Assembly: GCA_964016885.1 (NCBI GenBank)
Contig: OZ024741.1
Span: 343,604,001-343,668,000 of the forward strand
Direction: 5' to 3'
Source: Eledone cirrhosa
Lineage: Eukaryota
Length of the DNA: 64,000 nucleotides
Shown here: piece by piece, positions 27,710-43,019 of the stretch
Numbering within the stretch: the stretch's first letter is position 1
Layout: the number at the start of each line of letters is the position of its first letter
Program-made: the position numbers and the translations under genes
Notes under the pieces: model-generated
The model's database searches: none
The model's input: only the letters and a program-made list of their open reading frames with translations
Told to the model about the DNA's origin: nothing

Positions 27710-28260
27710 ATATACTTCATACACACAGATACATACCTCACACACATACACCCATACACACACACACATTCCAAGTTACGCACACATACCTCACACACCA
27801 ACACATGCACACATACCTCACACACATACTCTCTCCCTCTCTCTCTCACACGCACACACACCAACTCACGCACACATATTTCATACTCAGATACATACTC
27901 ACACACACATAAACTCATGCACACATACTCACACACGCAGACTTCAGACACACCAACTCACGCACACATACTCACACACACACATACTCACACACACACA
28001 CACCAACTCACGCGCATACACTCACATACAGACATACATACACACACACACACACATACACCCACCAACTCACGCATACATACTCACACACATACACCCA
28101 CCCACGTACACCAGATCACGCACACACACCTCACACACACACACACCAACCCACGCATGCATGCTCCTATATACCTTACACATACACACACACACACACA
28201 CACGCACTAACTCACGCAAACATCCTCTCACACACGCACATTCACTCATACACACACATA
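27710..28260. repeat. Degenerate (CA)-rich low-complexity repeat
   Basis: Seen directly. Confidence 0.9.
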
Positions 28261-28493
28261 TTAGTAAAATAGTACTGCTGATAATCTGAAATGGCGATAT
28301 TTCTTGTGGGAGATATTGGGCACCAGTTTATATTCACAGTAAACTAACGAGTATTTGAAGAAGGGCCCACTAGAAGAGAAATAAATGGTAGAAAGAAGAA
28401 GAGTAAATGAGGGAGAGAGAGAGAGGGGGGGGGGGGCTGATGGGCAATAGTAGCAGATAAATAAACAGAACGATATATGGACGAGGAAAGATA

Positions 28494-29236
28494 AATTTCT
28501 ATTTATTTGCCACGAGGGCACAAAAGAAGGGGACATTTACACAGTGGGGAGTTTACATAAATCGAGTAAAGAAAAAAGGAATAACAATAATAATATAACA
28601 ATAAAAAGTCCTCAAAAGGGTTGGGGATTGCACATACCCCCGAAAAGTGTGCAACTCTTTTCGCGGGGGAAGCCCAGAGAGGAGGCGCTCCCCCTTTCCT
28701 CTTCACTTCTTCACCTACAGAACAATGTAGAGAGAAGGCCCATTTACACGGGCCATTCTCGCTTCTTTCACCCACCTTTCATAAAACTGTCTGGGGCCAA
28801 GCACTTCTCTCTCCATCCTGATCCTTCTTCCGAAGTGGTATCGGAAGAAGTAAACCAGGTGATGGCCGGAGAGAAAGTCACCCGACCTCAGACCTTTCAG
28901 GCGCGTCCACCACACAACCTCTTTCATCATGGCTATTACGCACAGAAAGACCGCCTCTGCTTCGTTTCTGAAGGGAGGAGGCGGCTTGATGTTCACCACA
29001 GACTCAGCGGTTAATCGAATCGGCGCCACCCGCGACAGCAGTCGTTCGACGTAGCCCCACAGATCGGCAACGCCCGGGCAGTGTACCAGTGCATGCGCAA
29101 CGGTTTCCTCGTCGCGCACGCAGTGGGACAGATCTTTTTCGCGGGATCCCTGCCCGGGCGCCCGTGTCTGTAGAGCTTTTCTCGAACGGGCAGAGCCCCC
29201 CGGTAACACTGCCAGGCTAGGGACCTCTGGAAGTTG
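28494..29236 (-). mobile_element. 5'-truncated Tx1/L1-like LINE with an 18-bp target-site duplication
   Basis: zf-RVT-like C..DEETVAHALVHCP, homologous to 35787-36300; TSD TATGGACGAGGAAAGATA at 28476-28493 and 29237-29254. Confidence 0.85.
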
Positions 29237-29280
29237 TATGGACGAGGAAAGATAGATTGATAGTAAGGGATGTAGAGATA

Positions 29281-29542
<262 letters not shown>

Positions 29543-29754
29543 CTCTTCGCGTAATACCTGACGCATTTGACGTGAGCTAGGTCGGATAGTAGTATGGCTG
29601 TTTTCAATGCTTTTTTTGGCGTATCCATTTTATACATTTCTTTTACCATAAACACCAGACAAAGCCAGACTTGCTATCATTTCCATATGACAGAAGATAG
29701 CTGCTCTTTTTCACTGTAGATTCAGCAGGAGTTCGATTCGTATTACTCGTGATA

Positions 29755-29990
29755 GCAGTTGTTGGACTCAAGTACATATGTCCACAATTCAGGGACACTG
29801 GACGACAGAGGGCAGGACAATTTGTTCATCATCCTTGCATCTCGGACATGTTCGGCTGTTGCCCACTTCTGTGAACCTCCAGCATTTTGCCTCGAAATTC
29901 CTCGTCTGTAAATTTTGTCTTGAATATCGAACCCTTTGTTGCGATACCATGCCAAGGAGGTTTGGAAATTGTCCACAATGTTCAATCTGA
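29755..29990 (-). pseudogene. Old Tx1-like zf-RVT fragment
   Basis: DNFQTSLAW, DKIYRRG, CPRC..EQIV...VQCP and ELWTYV match the C-terminus of the Tx1 element at 35787-36300. Confidence 0.65.
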
Positions 29991-30184
29991 ACCTTCCGAG
30001 AAATGTTGTTTATACCGATCACAAACCCTAGAAATACCATAAACTATCACATTGTTCAACTGGCAGCAATCTGTGAGTGCCTGACACCATTTTGAATGCC
30101 AGATACCAAACATCCCTCCATTGAACTTGTTGGGTTTACATAGATAAGATTTGTACTAATACTATCATTTGGTCATCTTATCCA

Positions 30185-30345
30185 ACTGCCTTAGGCGAGA
30201 CAGCAAGTACTGCTTCACGCCAGCAGTCTCTGTTTCCCATCAAGGTTTGTAGGTCATCCTTGTCAACTCTAGTGTCTCTTTCTAAGATATCCTGGTAACT
30301 GAACTCTCTGGTAGAGGAGATCTTTTGTTGCGGGAAATCTTCTCT
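30185..30345 (-). pseudogene. RTE-type LINE C-terminal fragment
   Basis: Manual translation YQDILERDTRVDKDDLQTLMGNRDCWREAV. Confidence 0.5.
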
Positions 30346-30694
30346 GCCTCTTATTCATAATGCAGTATCGTAATGAGGGCTGGTATATTGAATGTGTTCA
30401 CCCATCCACCGAATATAAATTAAAAAGCTGTATGTGTTAATTATATTACAGGATTGCTTAGAACATTTGTTGATATACATTGCTTCCTCGTTCAGATTGT
30501 TCTGCGGGTAGAGCAGGTCCATTTCCACATTCGCTGTTATGTCTAGAAATTCACTATATTTAATGTAATATTTACTGTGATCCTAACACTGAATTGTCTA
30601 AACATACTGATTAACGGCTTTGTCGAACAACCTAGCTACAAGACCACGTGCTTTTACTAAATATGAATATATATGTGTGTATATAAAAATATAT

Positions 30695-30747
<53 letters not shown>

Positions 30748-30789
30748 TACGCACAACCACACACACATACCATACACACACACACGCAC

Positions 30790-30831
<42 letters not shown>

Positions 30832-30840
30832 GTGTTTGTG

Positions 30841-30872
<32 letters not shown>

Positions 30873-30955
30873 GGGAGAGTGACAAATGGAAGGATAGAAA
30901 ATGAGAGAGAATTATCGATATAGAGATAGGTAGATAGGTATGTATGTACATACAG

Positions 30956-31049
<94 letters not shown>

Positions 31050-31193
31050 TGTGTATGTTTCTGTGTGTGTATGAATTGTCTTGAGAGAGAGAGAGTGATT
31101 GAATGAGGAACGATCGAATAAGATAGAGGTGGAGTAATATATGATTTTGAAGCATAAATATTAGAATCTGAAGACGTAATGAGGACGTTCGAT

Positions 31194-31236
<43 letters not shown>

Positions 31237-31280
31237 AGAAAGAGAGAGCGAGAGAGAAATATATATATATATATATATAT

Positions 31281-31328
31281 ATACGATATTAACAAATGGA
31301 AACTATATTTATAAAACCATATTTATTT
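31281..31328 (-). mobile_element. Stub of a family A-related pLTR end
   Basis: Matches 25231-25278. Confidence 0.65.
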
Positions 31329-31337
31329 AGAACTTTT

Positions 31338-31390
<53 letters not shown>

Positions 31391-31805
31391 CATAGAGAGA
31401 GAGAGGGGGGGAGGGGGAGAAAGAAGAAAGAAAAATGGAAAGGAAGCCTAACTATGGCGCGTAGAGAATTGTAATGCAGGGACAGGTGATGGATGAAGCG
31501 GGAAATTGGGCGAAAAGAGCTGGTGTTGGTAGTGGTGGTAGGTGTATGTGTGAGACAAAGATGATGAACAAGAAACGATTAGATGGTGTGGTGAGTTGCA
31601 TGGTGTTTGAGAGGTAGGCGTCCGTGATCAGACTTTATGTCATTAGTGATTAGTGGTCGTTATTCGATCAGACAGATCGGTTATACTAACTAGTATACCA
31701 GGTCAGCTATAAAATGATTGATAATCGGTGTGATAAATCAATATGTAGTCACATTCACGTAGACACACCTACGCAGGAGTACATACATCGATCTACACTA
31801 AAATG

Positions 31806-31862
<57 letters not shown>

Positions 31863-31955
31863 ATATATATACATTTGTGTGTGAGGTGCGTATATGCATA
31901 ATATATATATATATATATATATATATGCATATACACACCTCACACACATATGTAT

Positions 31956-32011
<56 letters not shown>

Positions 32012-32313
32012 AGAGAGAGGGGGGAGGGAGAGAGACGTATAGGAAGTAGTTTCAGATATAGTTATATAAATAATTCATCTATACAGCCTTCATATAAATA
32101 TAAATACGCATGCATACTCACACACACACATACATGTAGACACATGATGGCTGCCCCCTCGTTATCGAGTATGGCCATTGCACGAGAAAAAAAACAAAAA
32201 CATAATAATATCAATACTAATAATAATAACAACAATAATAATAACGACAACAACAACAATAATAATATACATATATATATATATATACACACAAGCACAC
32301 ACATAAACATATC

Positions 32314-32352
<39 letters not shown>

Positions 32353-32354
<2 letters not shown>

Positions 32355-35315
32355 TAGCAATTAACAGCGCTGCGATCGAATGTGGCTTTTTAGCCCAGCC
32401 AATGATCTAAAATGGCTTGCACAGAGTTGACAACCAAAACATTCACTGGGAATAGTCGGCTGTGGTTGGAGTTCGTGTACTTTTGCATGTCGCTTGAGCC
32501 CTCCTGCTGATTAACATTCTCTACCACATGTTTGGCAAGCATGATGAGTAGCATCTCCAACAGCAGCCTGGTAGTCAACCACTGGTCTTACTTTATGACT
32601 CCGAAGATGACTTTCGAGTCCAGCTTTGCTTAGGCAGAGTCTCGCACAGACGTTGTATGTCAGCACCATAGGAGGACCTTCGCCGTCTGGAAGTGCAACA
32701 GCAATGCCCTTTCTCACATCCCGCTTTACTTTCTCGTATGCGATTCGAGATACCTCAAAGGCAACTTTTCCCTCATATACAGTCTTTCTCCAATTATTAC
32801 GATCAGCAGCAATATTCTCCCATGTATCAGCAGAGATGTTAGCGTCTTTCAAAGAAGCTTTCAACGACTCCTTATACCTCTTTTTTTGGTTTATGTGGCG
32901 GTCGTTTTCCTTTAACTAACTCTCCATAAAAGAGTTGTTTTGGTATTCTAGAATCCTTCATCCTGGTAAGGTGACCACTCCAACGGAGTCGTTGCTTAAG
33001 CACAAGAGCTTCTATACTGTCAAACATAGAGCTTTCCAAAATCTCGACATCACTGATGTGGTCCCTCCAGTGAACGCCATGGATCCGTCTGAGACACAAC
33101 TGATCGAAACGCTCCAATTGCTTAAGGTGGTGTCGATATGTGACCCAGGTCTCGCAGGCATACAGAAGAGAAGAGAGCACACATGCCTTGTACACCTTTA
33201 CCTTTGTCTTCTTGCATATATCTCGCCGACCCCAGAGTCGCCTTTCTAGCTTTCCGAAAGCATCACTTGCTTTCCTAATCCTGAGTGGGATTTCACTATC
33301 AAGGTTGCTGTATCGATTGACAGTGCTTCCCAGGTAGACAAACTGATCAACCACTCCATGTCGTTTACCATACACATAGATATTTGGTTCAGTGTACTGC
33401 TTACCAGGGGCAGGTTGGTACATGACGACGGTTTTCTTGAGACTGACAGTCAATTCTAGGGCACTGCAAGCATCAGAAAATGCATTCAAAATGTGCCGCA
33501 TATCACTCTCTGTGTGCGTTACAAGATCGCAATTATCTGCATACAAAAGAGGTCTCTTATGATTGATGTAAATACTTTTGTTTTTGCAGCAAAGCGCCTG
33601 ATATTAAATATGCTGCCTGAGGTTCGATATCAGATGTAAACACCATGTTCGCAATTCCTGAATGCAATACAGAAAACCATTGCAAAGTATATAGCAAATA
33701 GGGTCGGTGCTGGAATATCTCCTGTTTCACTCCAGTTTTTACTGAGATAGGCACCGACATGTTATCTCCGACATTAACCCAAGCCTTCATGTCGTCATGG
33801 AAAGACCTAATTAAACCAAGGAACTTATCAGGGCAACCAAGTTTCTGGTGAACCTTCCATAATGCATTTCTGTTAACAGTATCGAAAGCTTTTGTCAGAT
33901 CGACAAAAACCTGATACAGATCCAAACCTTGTTCCATGCACTTCTCCTGGAGCTGTCTAGCTGAGAAGATCATATCAGTAGTGCCGCGTCCAGCACGAAA
34001 ACCAGATTGACTTTCCGGAATAACACAATCTGCAATGTGTGTCAGCAGACGGTCCAGAAGCAACCTACATAAAACTTTCCCTACGACAGAAAGCAATGAT
34101 ATACCTCTGTAGTTCCCACAATCATTCCTGTTACCCTTTCCCTTGTACAAGACCATCATTACTGCATCTCTCCAGTCCTGAGGTACGGATTCATTAGCCC
34201 ATATCCTGAGAAAGACTCCGCCTAACACGTGATTTCACATCCTTGAGTTCCTTATGCAACATATTCTTCTCTTGTGGTTTTACCGTCAAGTAGCGTGACA
34301 GAGAATGCCTCTTATCAACCAACAAGTCTTCTATATGTTCATCATTCTCATTAAACCAGTCTTGATGTTTTCTCCGCACCAATCCCAGGATACGCCTGCC
34401 TACATAATAAACCGACTTTTTAAGGGTCGGCCAATCCTCACGAAGATCTGCAACCTGCATCTCTTCTTGCAATGTCCTCTTCACATTTTTATCCTTAAGA
34501 CGAGTAGCATTCAATCTTTGGGCAGGGCAACTCCAGGAGCCCGGATTTTACGTTTAGTGATTAGTTTCACTTTTGCGCGTACCAGGCGGTGGTCCGTCCA
34601 GCACTCAGCTCCAGGAAGAGCACGAACACACTGCAATCCTGTCTGTCACGCATCCATGACTAGGACGTAGTCCAAAAGATGCCATTCCTTAGATGCAGGA
34701 TGCATTCATGTGGTCTTAAATTTGTTCTTTTGTTGGAACATGGTGTTGGTAACACACAGATCCAGATCCTCACCCCTCTGCAGCAGGAGCATACCATTTT
34801 GTTACACTTTCCCACCCCATGCCTTCCGATTACATTCCATGTGTTAAAATCCCTACCCACTCTAGCATTAAAGTCACCAAGCACGATGACTTTGTCTGCC
34901 TGAGGGATATTTCTTAAAACACCTTTCAAGGCATGGTAAAAGGACACTCTTTCTTCATCGACAGAATTCATAGTTGGAGCATACACACTCACCAGGGTCG
35001 CATATCTTCCTTTGTCCAGCGGAACTCTCATGGACATAAGACGCTCACTAATGCCTACTGGGGATTCTTCTAATTTATTCACAAGAACAGTCTTAACAGC
35101 AAATCCTACCCCAGCCTCTCTTCTGGTTCCTTCATCTCTTCCTTTCCAGAAGAATGTATATTCTCCACAAAATTCCGTAAGATGACCATCTCCAGCTAAC
35201 CTCGTCTCAGATAAAGCCACGATGTCAAGATCGTAACGTCGAAGCTCCTTTGCAACAAGAGCGGTCGTTCATTCAGGACACTCCAAGGAATCCCTGTCAA
35301 GCAGCGTCTAAATAC
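32353..35315 (-). mobile_element. Decayed RTE-clade LINE (APE endonuclease, RT, C-terminal zinc finger)
   Basis: ALSETR, VYAPT, LGDFNARVG, NYRGISLL, VDLTKAFD, YAD, YLGS, RWSGH, C..C.SKAGL.SH; multiple frameshifts; (TG)n tail. Confidence 0.9.
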
Positions 35316-35786
35316 CTACTAAATGCCTTGTTTGGCTCTATTACAGTGGCACGATGACGAGTGGGCCCAGGCTGTGATAACCTGGGGCCCCTGCCCTTAT
35401 TGCCAATTATCTCTTTTGTTCCAGAACCTTTATTGCCAATATCTCTTTTATATTGTTTTGGAACATCATTGAATGGGGACAAAAAAAAAAAAAAGTAATA
35501 ATAATAGTAACAATAATAATAATAATAATAATGCTTTCTTTATTAACCACAAGGGTTTACATAAAGTAGACATTAAGGACAGTACATGAAAATAGAGGAC
35601 GGTACAAATGGGCATTTCTGCGTGTAAAAAAAACAGAGGATGTAATAAAAAAAATAGCAATGAAAAATTCCCCACTAGGGGGGGGGGGGAGACTTCCGAG
35701 GGACATTTGTGAAGAAAGCCCATTAACAGGCCACAGTGACCCTGACCACCAGGACAAGTGCCCTCTCCCAGTTTTCCACCTTTAAT

Positions 35787-38700
35787 TTACAGACACATAC
35801 TCATTCGGGCCATACTTGCTTCTCTCACCCATCTTTCAACAAAATGCTGGGAAGAGAGCACTTCCCTCTCTACCCTGATTTTCCTTTTCAAATGAAATTT
35901 GAAAAAGTTAATCAGGGCATCACAGAAGAGGTAAGTGCTCGTCTTCAGCCCTTTCAAACGTGTCCACCATACTATCTCTTTCGCCATGGCCACCAGACAG
36001 ATAAAAACTGCCTGCCCTTCCCGGCTAAAGGAAGAGGGCGGGGCAATCCTCACGATGGACTCAGCTAATAGCTGGATCCGTCCTACACGTAACAGCAGAT
36101 GTTCCACATAAACCCACAAGTCAACAATGCTCGGACACTGGACGAGTGCGTGCAGGACGGTTTCGTCGCCCTGCGCGCATCTCGGACATGCCCGGCTGAC
36201 GGCACCTCCATGCCTGTAGAGTTTATCCCGAACTGGCAAAGCTCATCGGTAGCACTGCCAGGCCAGAGATTTCTGGAAGTTGTCCATAGGCTCCGGCTCG
36301 AAAGTCCTTGAGAAGAGATTGGCTAGTTGATTTTCGTCGACGCCTAGAGTTTCTCCAAGTACGTCGTCGCTCTTCCCCTCCACCAATCCTCTATAGAACG
36401 CCAAGGTGGAGTTTCCACCGCTCACATTGCCCAATTTGTCGAGGGCTGTGAGCGCCTGAAGACATTCCAGTCTCCAAGCGCTCCCTCTCGGTCTTCGCTT
36501 GACCCAGGACTGCAGCTCCGTCAAGGAGACGAGCTGGGGAAAGACGTGTCTAGCAAACGGCGACCACACCTGACCACCGTCGAGGAAGAGGTGCAGATGT
36601 CGTAGCCTGAGCGCGTGTCTGCGCATCATCAGCCACGGCATGCCCAGCCCTCCACGTAGCGGGTGTTGATAGACCGCCTGACCATCGGAGCGTGTCCCTT
36701 CCTCAAAAGGCGAAAGAGCAAACGCTCCAGCGCAGTCAAGCGGGGATTAGGACAAGGTACGACGGTCAGGCGGTAGTAGATGACGGACGCGATGTACGCG
36801 TTAGCCACCTCCGCTCGACCTTTCAGGGATAGCTTCCTCTCCGTCCATTTCTGGGTGAGAGAAGCCACCCCGCTCGTCACCTCGTCCCAGTTTTTGTCCG
36901 TCTGGAGGTCCGGACCGAACCAGACCCCTAGCAATTTAACCGGTCCGTCCGTCCAGCGCCCGACGACGCTGTTGGACGGCATGGACCTGCCTCTCCAGGT
37001 GCCGAGCAGCAGGCCCACTGACATTTCCTGGTTGATCATTGCTCCTGTCACCGCTTCGTATTCTCTTAGTGTAGTGCCGATCGCCTCGATGTGTTTTTGG
37101 CGTTCGACATCACTACGGTGACATCGTCCGCATATTCTGACTCGGATCTTCCGCATCCTAGTTCGGCCGGGACCCTCCTCAACGTCTCCAGTTTGTGCAG
37201 TAATGGCTCGAGAGTCAATACGTACAAGAGGGACGAGATGGGACATCCTTGGCGGACCGAGCGGATGATGTTGAACGGTTCCGAAATGTGACCGTTCACT
37301 CTCACCACAGAGCAGATGTCGCTGTGCATGGCAGCGATCCAGCCTCTGAAGACGGGTCCAAAGCCAGTCGCCCTCAGGACTGCCGATAGGTAACGATGGT
37401 CGACCCATTCGAAAGCTTTCGACTGATCTAAATTGATCAAAGATCCACCTGTGCAAGGTTCCCTAGCTACCCTCTCTACGATGTATCGCATGAGGTGGAG
37501 GTTGTCGTGGATGGATCTGTCGGGAATGGCGCAGGTGTGCACCTCTCCCACCAGACCACCAACGACAAGCGCCATCCTCTTTGCTAGCACCTTGGCCAAA
37601 ATCTTGAACTCTGTGTTTTGCAGAGTTATGGGCCTAAAATTATCTATGTAATCCCCCTTGTTCGGATCCTTTCTCAGCAGCGCCACAGCTCCTCGGCTCA
37701 CAGAGCTGGGAATCCTCCCATTCTGTTGCCAGTTGCAGTAGACATCCACCAAGAGGCCTCCGAAAAAGTCTGGCATCTGTACGTAAATTTCATAGGGCAG
37801 ACCATCCAAACCAGGCGATTTACCCCTTGTGCAGCCAGTCATTGCCTCCTGTACTTCAGCGGCTGTTATCAACTTTTCGCAACACTCCGCCTCAGTGGCC
37901 GAGAGCCGCGGCAGTCCGTCGAGGTAGACACTAAAGTCCATCCCTCGATCCGGCCCGCCGCTGCCCCCGAACAGCTGAGCGAAGTGTCGCTGAAAAGCTT
38001 CACACATTTGCCCGGGATTGAGTAGCATGCGCCCGTCGTGGTCCACTAAAGTCCGGACCGTTGCTTTGTTGCCAATGCGCCTCCGGCACTCGGGCCCGTT
38101 TAACGGCTTTCGTCCCCTCGTGTCTGAGAGCACGCACCCTAGCTCTGACAACGCAGCCTTCGTGCTACATTGAAGAATTGGTCAAGGGCCAATTTCGCCG
38201 CAAGTACGTCAGTCACGATGCCTTTGCTAAGCGCCTCGTCTAATTTTCTAACTAATTCTCCCTCTGCTCTATTTTTCTCTATTGCTAAATGCTTACTAAA
38301 CCTAATGGACTCTATTCTAATTGCTCTTTTCAGAGCAAACCACCACTTGTTGTTGACGATGGCCCCCGTCAACGCCCGCTTAACTAGTTCGCTAATCCGA
38401 TCTCTGTAGGCCTTGCGCGCTGGTAAGGGCGCGTTTAGTTTCCTGTAGCCGGGTCCTCGTCTATGAAGCCTATCTAAGTCAAGCACACAGATCACGAATT
38501 TGTGGTCCGTGTAGCTGACTATCTTGAATTGTGGACAGCCTATGCTAGACTTATCTATTTCTCTACAAAATACTCTATCTAGATATGATCTGGATGACCC
38601 TATGCGATTTGTCCAAGTCCACATTGGCACATTCGAGAAATCCAATCGGTACCTGTCAGACAGTTCAAAACACCTGAGCAGGTTGGTGAGGCTCTTGCAC

Positions 38701-39189
38701 CCTCATCCCCTATCCGCTAATCCCACACAGTCCCAGCGTGCATCTAAGATCCCGTTCCAGTCGCCCACTAACACTAAAGAGCGGGACGTTCCAAGAAAGC
38801 TCTCCAGACGCCGGAAGAAATCAGGCCGCCCTGCTCCTGTCGGGGCATAGACGGCCACTAGCCTGAAAGCTTTCCCGTCTCCACTGGTCACGTCTAGCAC
38901 CACCAACTTACCTTCTGGGTTCAGGAAGATGGCCCGTATGGCGAGATCCAAACCTCTCCGAAAAAGCACAGCAACTCCTCCCCCCCCCCCCCGATCCCGG
39001 ACGGCTGGGAGATGCGTACACATCGTAGCCGCCGAAGATCGGTGCGAAGGCCCGTGCTTCGGAGATTCTGGTCTCGCTGATGGCCACTACATCTATGTTT
39101 AGTGACCTGAGGTCGTTGAGCAGGTGGCCCTGCTTCCATGACGACCCCAAGCCATGCGCATTTATGCTGCCTATTCTGAGTGAGGTCAT
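35787..39189 (-). pseudogene. Tx1-like ORF2 (APE + RT + zf-RVT), frameshifted
   Basis: SINAHG, SET, VYAP, VGDWN, LDR, TDH; KSPGLDG, RPITL, LDQSKAF, RQGCP, YADD; CPRC..ETVLHAL..CP. Confidence 0.9.
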
Positions 39190-39226
39190 GTTGAAATGGA
39201 GTGGAACAGATGGGAAAGACCACTTA

Positions 39227-41178
39227 CCTTACTTCTCGTAGAGGAAGGATGGTTTGTCCATCCTTTTCACTGTTTGTGGCCTCCTCCGGAAGGATGTCCT
39301 TATAAATCCGCCTGGAGAATGTTTGTCGGAACTCTCCGATGTCTTTGGGAATTTTTGTTTTAGTGTCGTGTACGTTTTCTGTGTGATGCGAGTGATTTGT
39401 ATGTGTAGGGGTGGTGTTAATTTTTGTGTTGTTGTGTAGTTTTTTTCTGTGATGCTGGTGTTGTGTTGGTGTTGTGTTGGATGTATTGTAATAATTGGTT
39501 GTTCAAATTTAATGCTGTGTAGTGTGTATCGTTTTGGTTGTTTCGTTTTGTTTGCGTTTGTTGTGGGTTTGTTTCTGTTACGCTTTTTGGTGATTTTGTT
39601 GTATTGGTGATGGTGGTGTTGGGGTTAATGATGGTGTTGGTGTTTGGGGTGATGGGGTTGGTGATGCTGGTGTGGTTGGTGGCATATCTGTCTTAACTTT
39701 CTTGTTCGATAATTTATTTGTTTCCCTCTGTATTTTGTTTTTGGAGGGAGAAGGAAGAGAATTTTTTCTGTTTTGGTTTCTTTTTTTCTTTTTTCCTGAT
39801 ACCGTTTCCCACTCCTCGTCGACACAATCTGTCTCCAGTTGCGATAAACCGGGGAGTGGAAAATCCTCCACAGGCGTTGGTTTTGATTGTGGCGTGGTGG
39901 ATGGTGTAGGCGCTGGTGCTAGTTCTGGCGCGTTGGGTGGTGGTGGTGTTGGTTTTGCTACTGTTGTTGGGGTTGTTGCTGTTACAGTTGCTTCTAAGTT
40001 GCTGCTACAGTTGTTGCTGCCATTTCTGCTGCTGGTGGTGTTGATGGTTGAGTCACTGGGGTGGGTAAGAGAGGTGGTCTCAACCTTTTAGCCTGAGGGC
40101 AGAAAGCCCTTAGGTGGGTTCCTTCACCACAAACGATACACCTAGGTCTTCTGCCCTCGACGATTACGGTGAGGTGGCTGCCGTCAGTGAGGTCTATTAC
40201 CTCTGGGATCTCTTCAATGCTTTTATGGTCCGCTTGGATCAGGAGCTCCATCCCAGATCTGGACCAGTTCTCCTGCTTTTCTTTCGCTATTTCAATTATC
40301 TTGGTGTTCGCCTCGATGCCTGCGAGGACGGCAGCCTTTAGCCAGGGAATTTCGATGGTCGGTGGAACGTGGGTCACCCTGATCTTCACAAGTCTCTGGC
40401 CACAATAGCTTGCGACGAGTGCGAAGTCGTCACTTCTTAATGGGGCCATGGAGTGGCCTCCTGTGGTGTTTCAAAGAACACCTCCACGGTTCCATACTTC
40501 TGCCCACGTCTGATGTGGGGTTTTTTTGCCCACACATGTCCCAAAGCTTTTTGGATTTGGGACTCGGATGCCCGTTCCACTAGGCGCAATTTTATGTTAA
40601 TTGTCCGATAAGACACGGTGCATAGGCGACGTTGCTCCATTGTATTAGGTGTGTGTGGGGGGGGGGGGGGGGCTGACCCTGTACCCAATCTTTCTTTACC
40701 ATTCCTTTGGCTTCTTCTAATTCCCCCTGAGTTACCTGGATCGCTTCGCACGTTTTTGCTATTCTGGCAAACTCAGGGTAGTTTTCTTAATTTCATTGTT
40801 GCTGTTGTTGTTATCGTTATTTTTGCTATTGTTAATTTTAGTTTCAGTTGTGGTGGTGGTGGCGTCAGAGGTGTTCAGTGTGGAAGAGTTCATTTTGGTT
40901 GAATTCATTTCGATATCACGAGTTAATTCATTTTTTTCTTTTGTTTCTGTTGTCGCTGTGGTGGTGGTTGGGGTGGTGGTTGTCGCGGTGGTGGTGGTGG
41001 TGGCGGATTTAACACCTGCAGTCATTGGTAATGGCGGGAAATGAACGTCTGCTTGAGACAAATTTAAAATATTGCTACTGCTTACATTTCCAGTGTTGGC
41101 AAACGTAGCAATATTTACAATGGTGGTGTCGGTGTGAGGTGTTAGATTGTGAGGAAGGAGTGACTCTGAGTCATCCAT
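39227..41178 (-). pseudogene. Tx1-like ORF1 (gag-like) with Thr/Pro-rich tracts
   Basis: VEGRRPRCIVCGEGTHLRAFCP (CX2CX4HX4C); WETV.KKKK basic patch; fragmented. Confidence 0.75.
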
Positions 41179-41429
41179 TATTTTTCAAAGAAACATTTTT
41201 GTTTGATAATTAAAAAAAGTTTAAATTTTTGGCTCAAGGCTCCAATATTTTTGAGTGTCCTTTTCAGAAATCAATGTATGTGCACTTTTATACAGTTAAC
41301 AATAAACATTTTCCATAAATGGCAATTTTAAACAACTGAAAATATCAAACCCTTTCGGAGTCACGATAATACGATTTACTACGTAGGACGCCAATAATAA
41401 TAATAATAATAATAATAATATTAAAAAAA

Positions 41430-42936
41430 GGAGAGCTTACCATCAATCACCTCCCCTTCATGGACGAGCTTAAGCTCTTCGGGAAGAGTGAGAAGGAGTT
41501 GGATGTGTTTGTTGACACTGTCCGTATTTTCAGCAATGATATATGTATGCAATTTGGTATTAGTAAGTGTGGAGTCCTAGTGATGAAGAGGGGTAAATTG
41601 AGCAGAAGCAACGGAATCCAGGTACCAATAGGTGAGATAATAAACGAAATTGACACTGAAGAAGGATACAAACATTTAGGTGTTCTGGAGGCAGATGAGA
41701 TCAAGAACAAAAAAATGAATGAATTGATAAGATCTGAGTACATTCGGAGAGTAAGTAGCGTATTAAAATCACATCTGAACAGTAGGAATGCCATAAGTGC
41801 AGTAAATTCCCGAGCTGTGTCTATTATTAGGTACAGTGCGGGAATTCTGAAATGGAATGTTGCTGAACAAAAAGAAATGGATAGGAACACTAGAAAGTTG
41901 TTAACTATCTACAACATGTTCCACAAGAGGAGTGATGTCGATATACTCTACTTATGGAGATTTGAAGGTGGAAGAGGTTTTATCAGCATAGAGTACTGTG
42001 TTCAGATGGAGAAAAACAACCTACACAAATACGTGACTGACAGTAGGGAGCCAATGCTCAGAATTGTACTGAAGGAGAGGACATCAGACCAGGGGATGTC
42101 CAAGGAGTAAATAACAACAAGGAGGGAGAGCAACCTTCATGAAAAATCCCTTCATAGTTCCTTCTTTGAGAAAACTAAATTTAGAGATCCACAGACATGG
42201 AACTGGTTGAAAAGAGGAGACCTTAAAAAGGCTACAGAAGGAATGTTAATGGCTGCGCAAGAGTAGGCACTCAAAACGAAGTGGGTGAAACACCATATTT
42301 ACAAGGAGGCTAGCCCACTGTGTAGGATCTGTAGAGAGAGAGAGGAGACTGTGGCTCACATTGTATCCGAGTGTAAACACCTAGCCCAGACTCACTATAA
42401 AGGCTGGAGACATGATGTGATGGGCAGGGTGATCCATAGGCACATATGCCAAGTAATCAATTTACCACATTCTGAGAAGTGGTATGAGCATAAGCCAGAG
42501 TCGGTGATAGAAAACGATCAGGTGAAGGTGCTGTGGGATTTTAGGATACAGACGGACAAGAAACTGGAACACAATAGACCTGACCTGGTGGTTTTGGACA
42601 AGGAAAAAAGATCGTGCCTGATTGTAGATATAGCCTGCCCATTCGATACCGATACCAGGACTTAAATTGGGAGGTAAAAAGGATTTGGAACTGCCATGAA
42701 ATCAAAGTGGTCCCGATTGTTATAGGCGCACTAGGTACTATCTCGAAGAGTTTCCAAGGATGGTTAAAGAAAATTAGTCTAGCCCCGCTTTTTGGAACAC
42801 TTCAAAAGAGATGCTTGCTGGGAACAGCAAGAATCCTCCGATACGGCCTGAATATCTGAGGCTGCAGGTAGTGGCTTGATATTCATTTCAACAAACTTTC
42901 CAGTTAAATAACCTCAATGATTGAGACTCAAAGAAC

Positions 42937-42937
<1 letters not shown>
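41430..42937 (+). mobile_element. 5'-truncated R4/Dong-clade LINE in (TAA)n
   Basis: HL.FMDELKL, GGRG, CRIC...HIVSEC, RHD, HNRPD..D, VDIACP; (TAA)n at both ends. Confidence 0.85.
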
Positions 42938-42967
<30 letters not shown>

Positions 42968-43019
42968 GAATATTAATAATTATTAATTAATGCAATCGTG
43001 CAATGCCTGTGCGTGACGA

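Larger units (their letters stand above)
35533..41392 (-). mobile_element. Near full-length Tx1/L1-clade LINE (decayed) inserted in (ATT)n
   Basis: ORF1 with a CCHC knuckle and ORF2 with APE-RT-zf; AATAAA at the 3' end; (TAA)n on both sides. Confidence 0.9.
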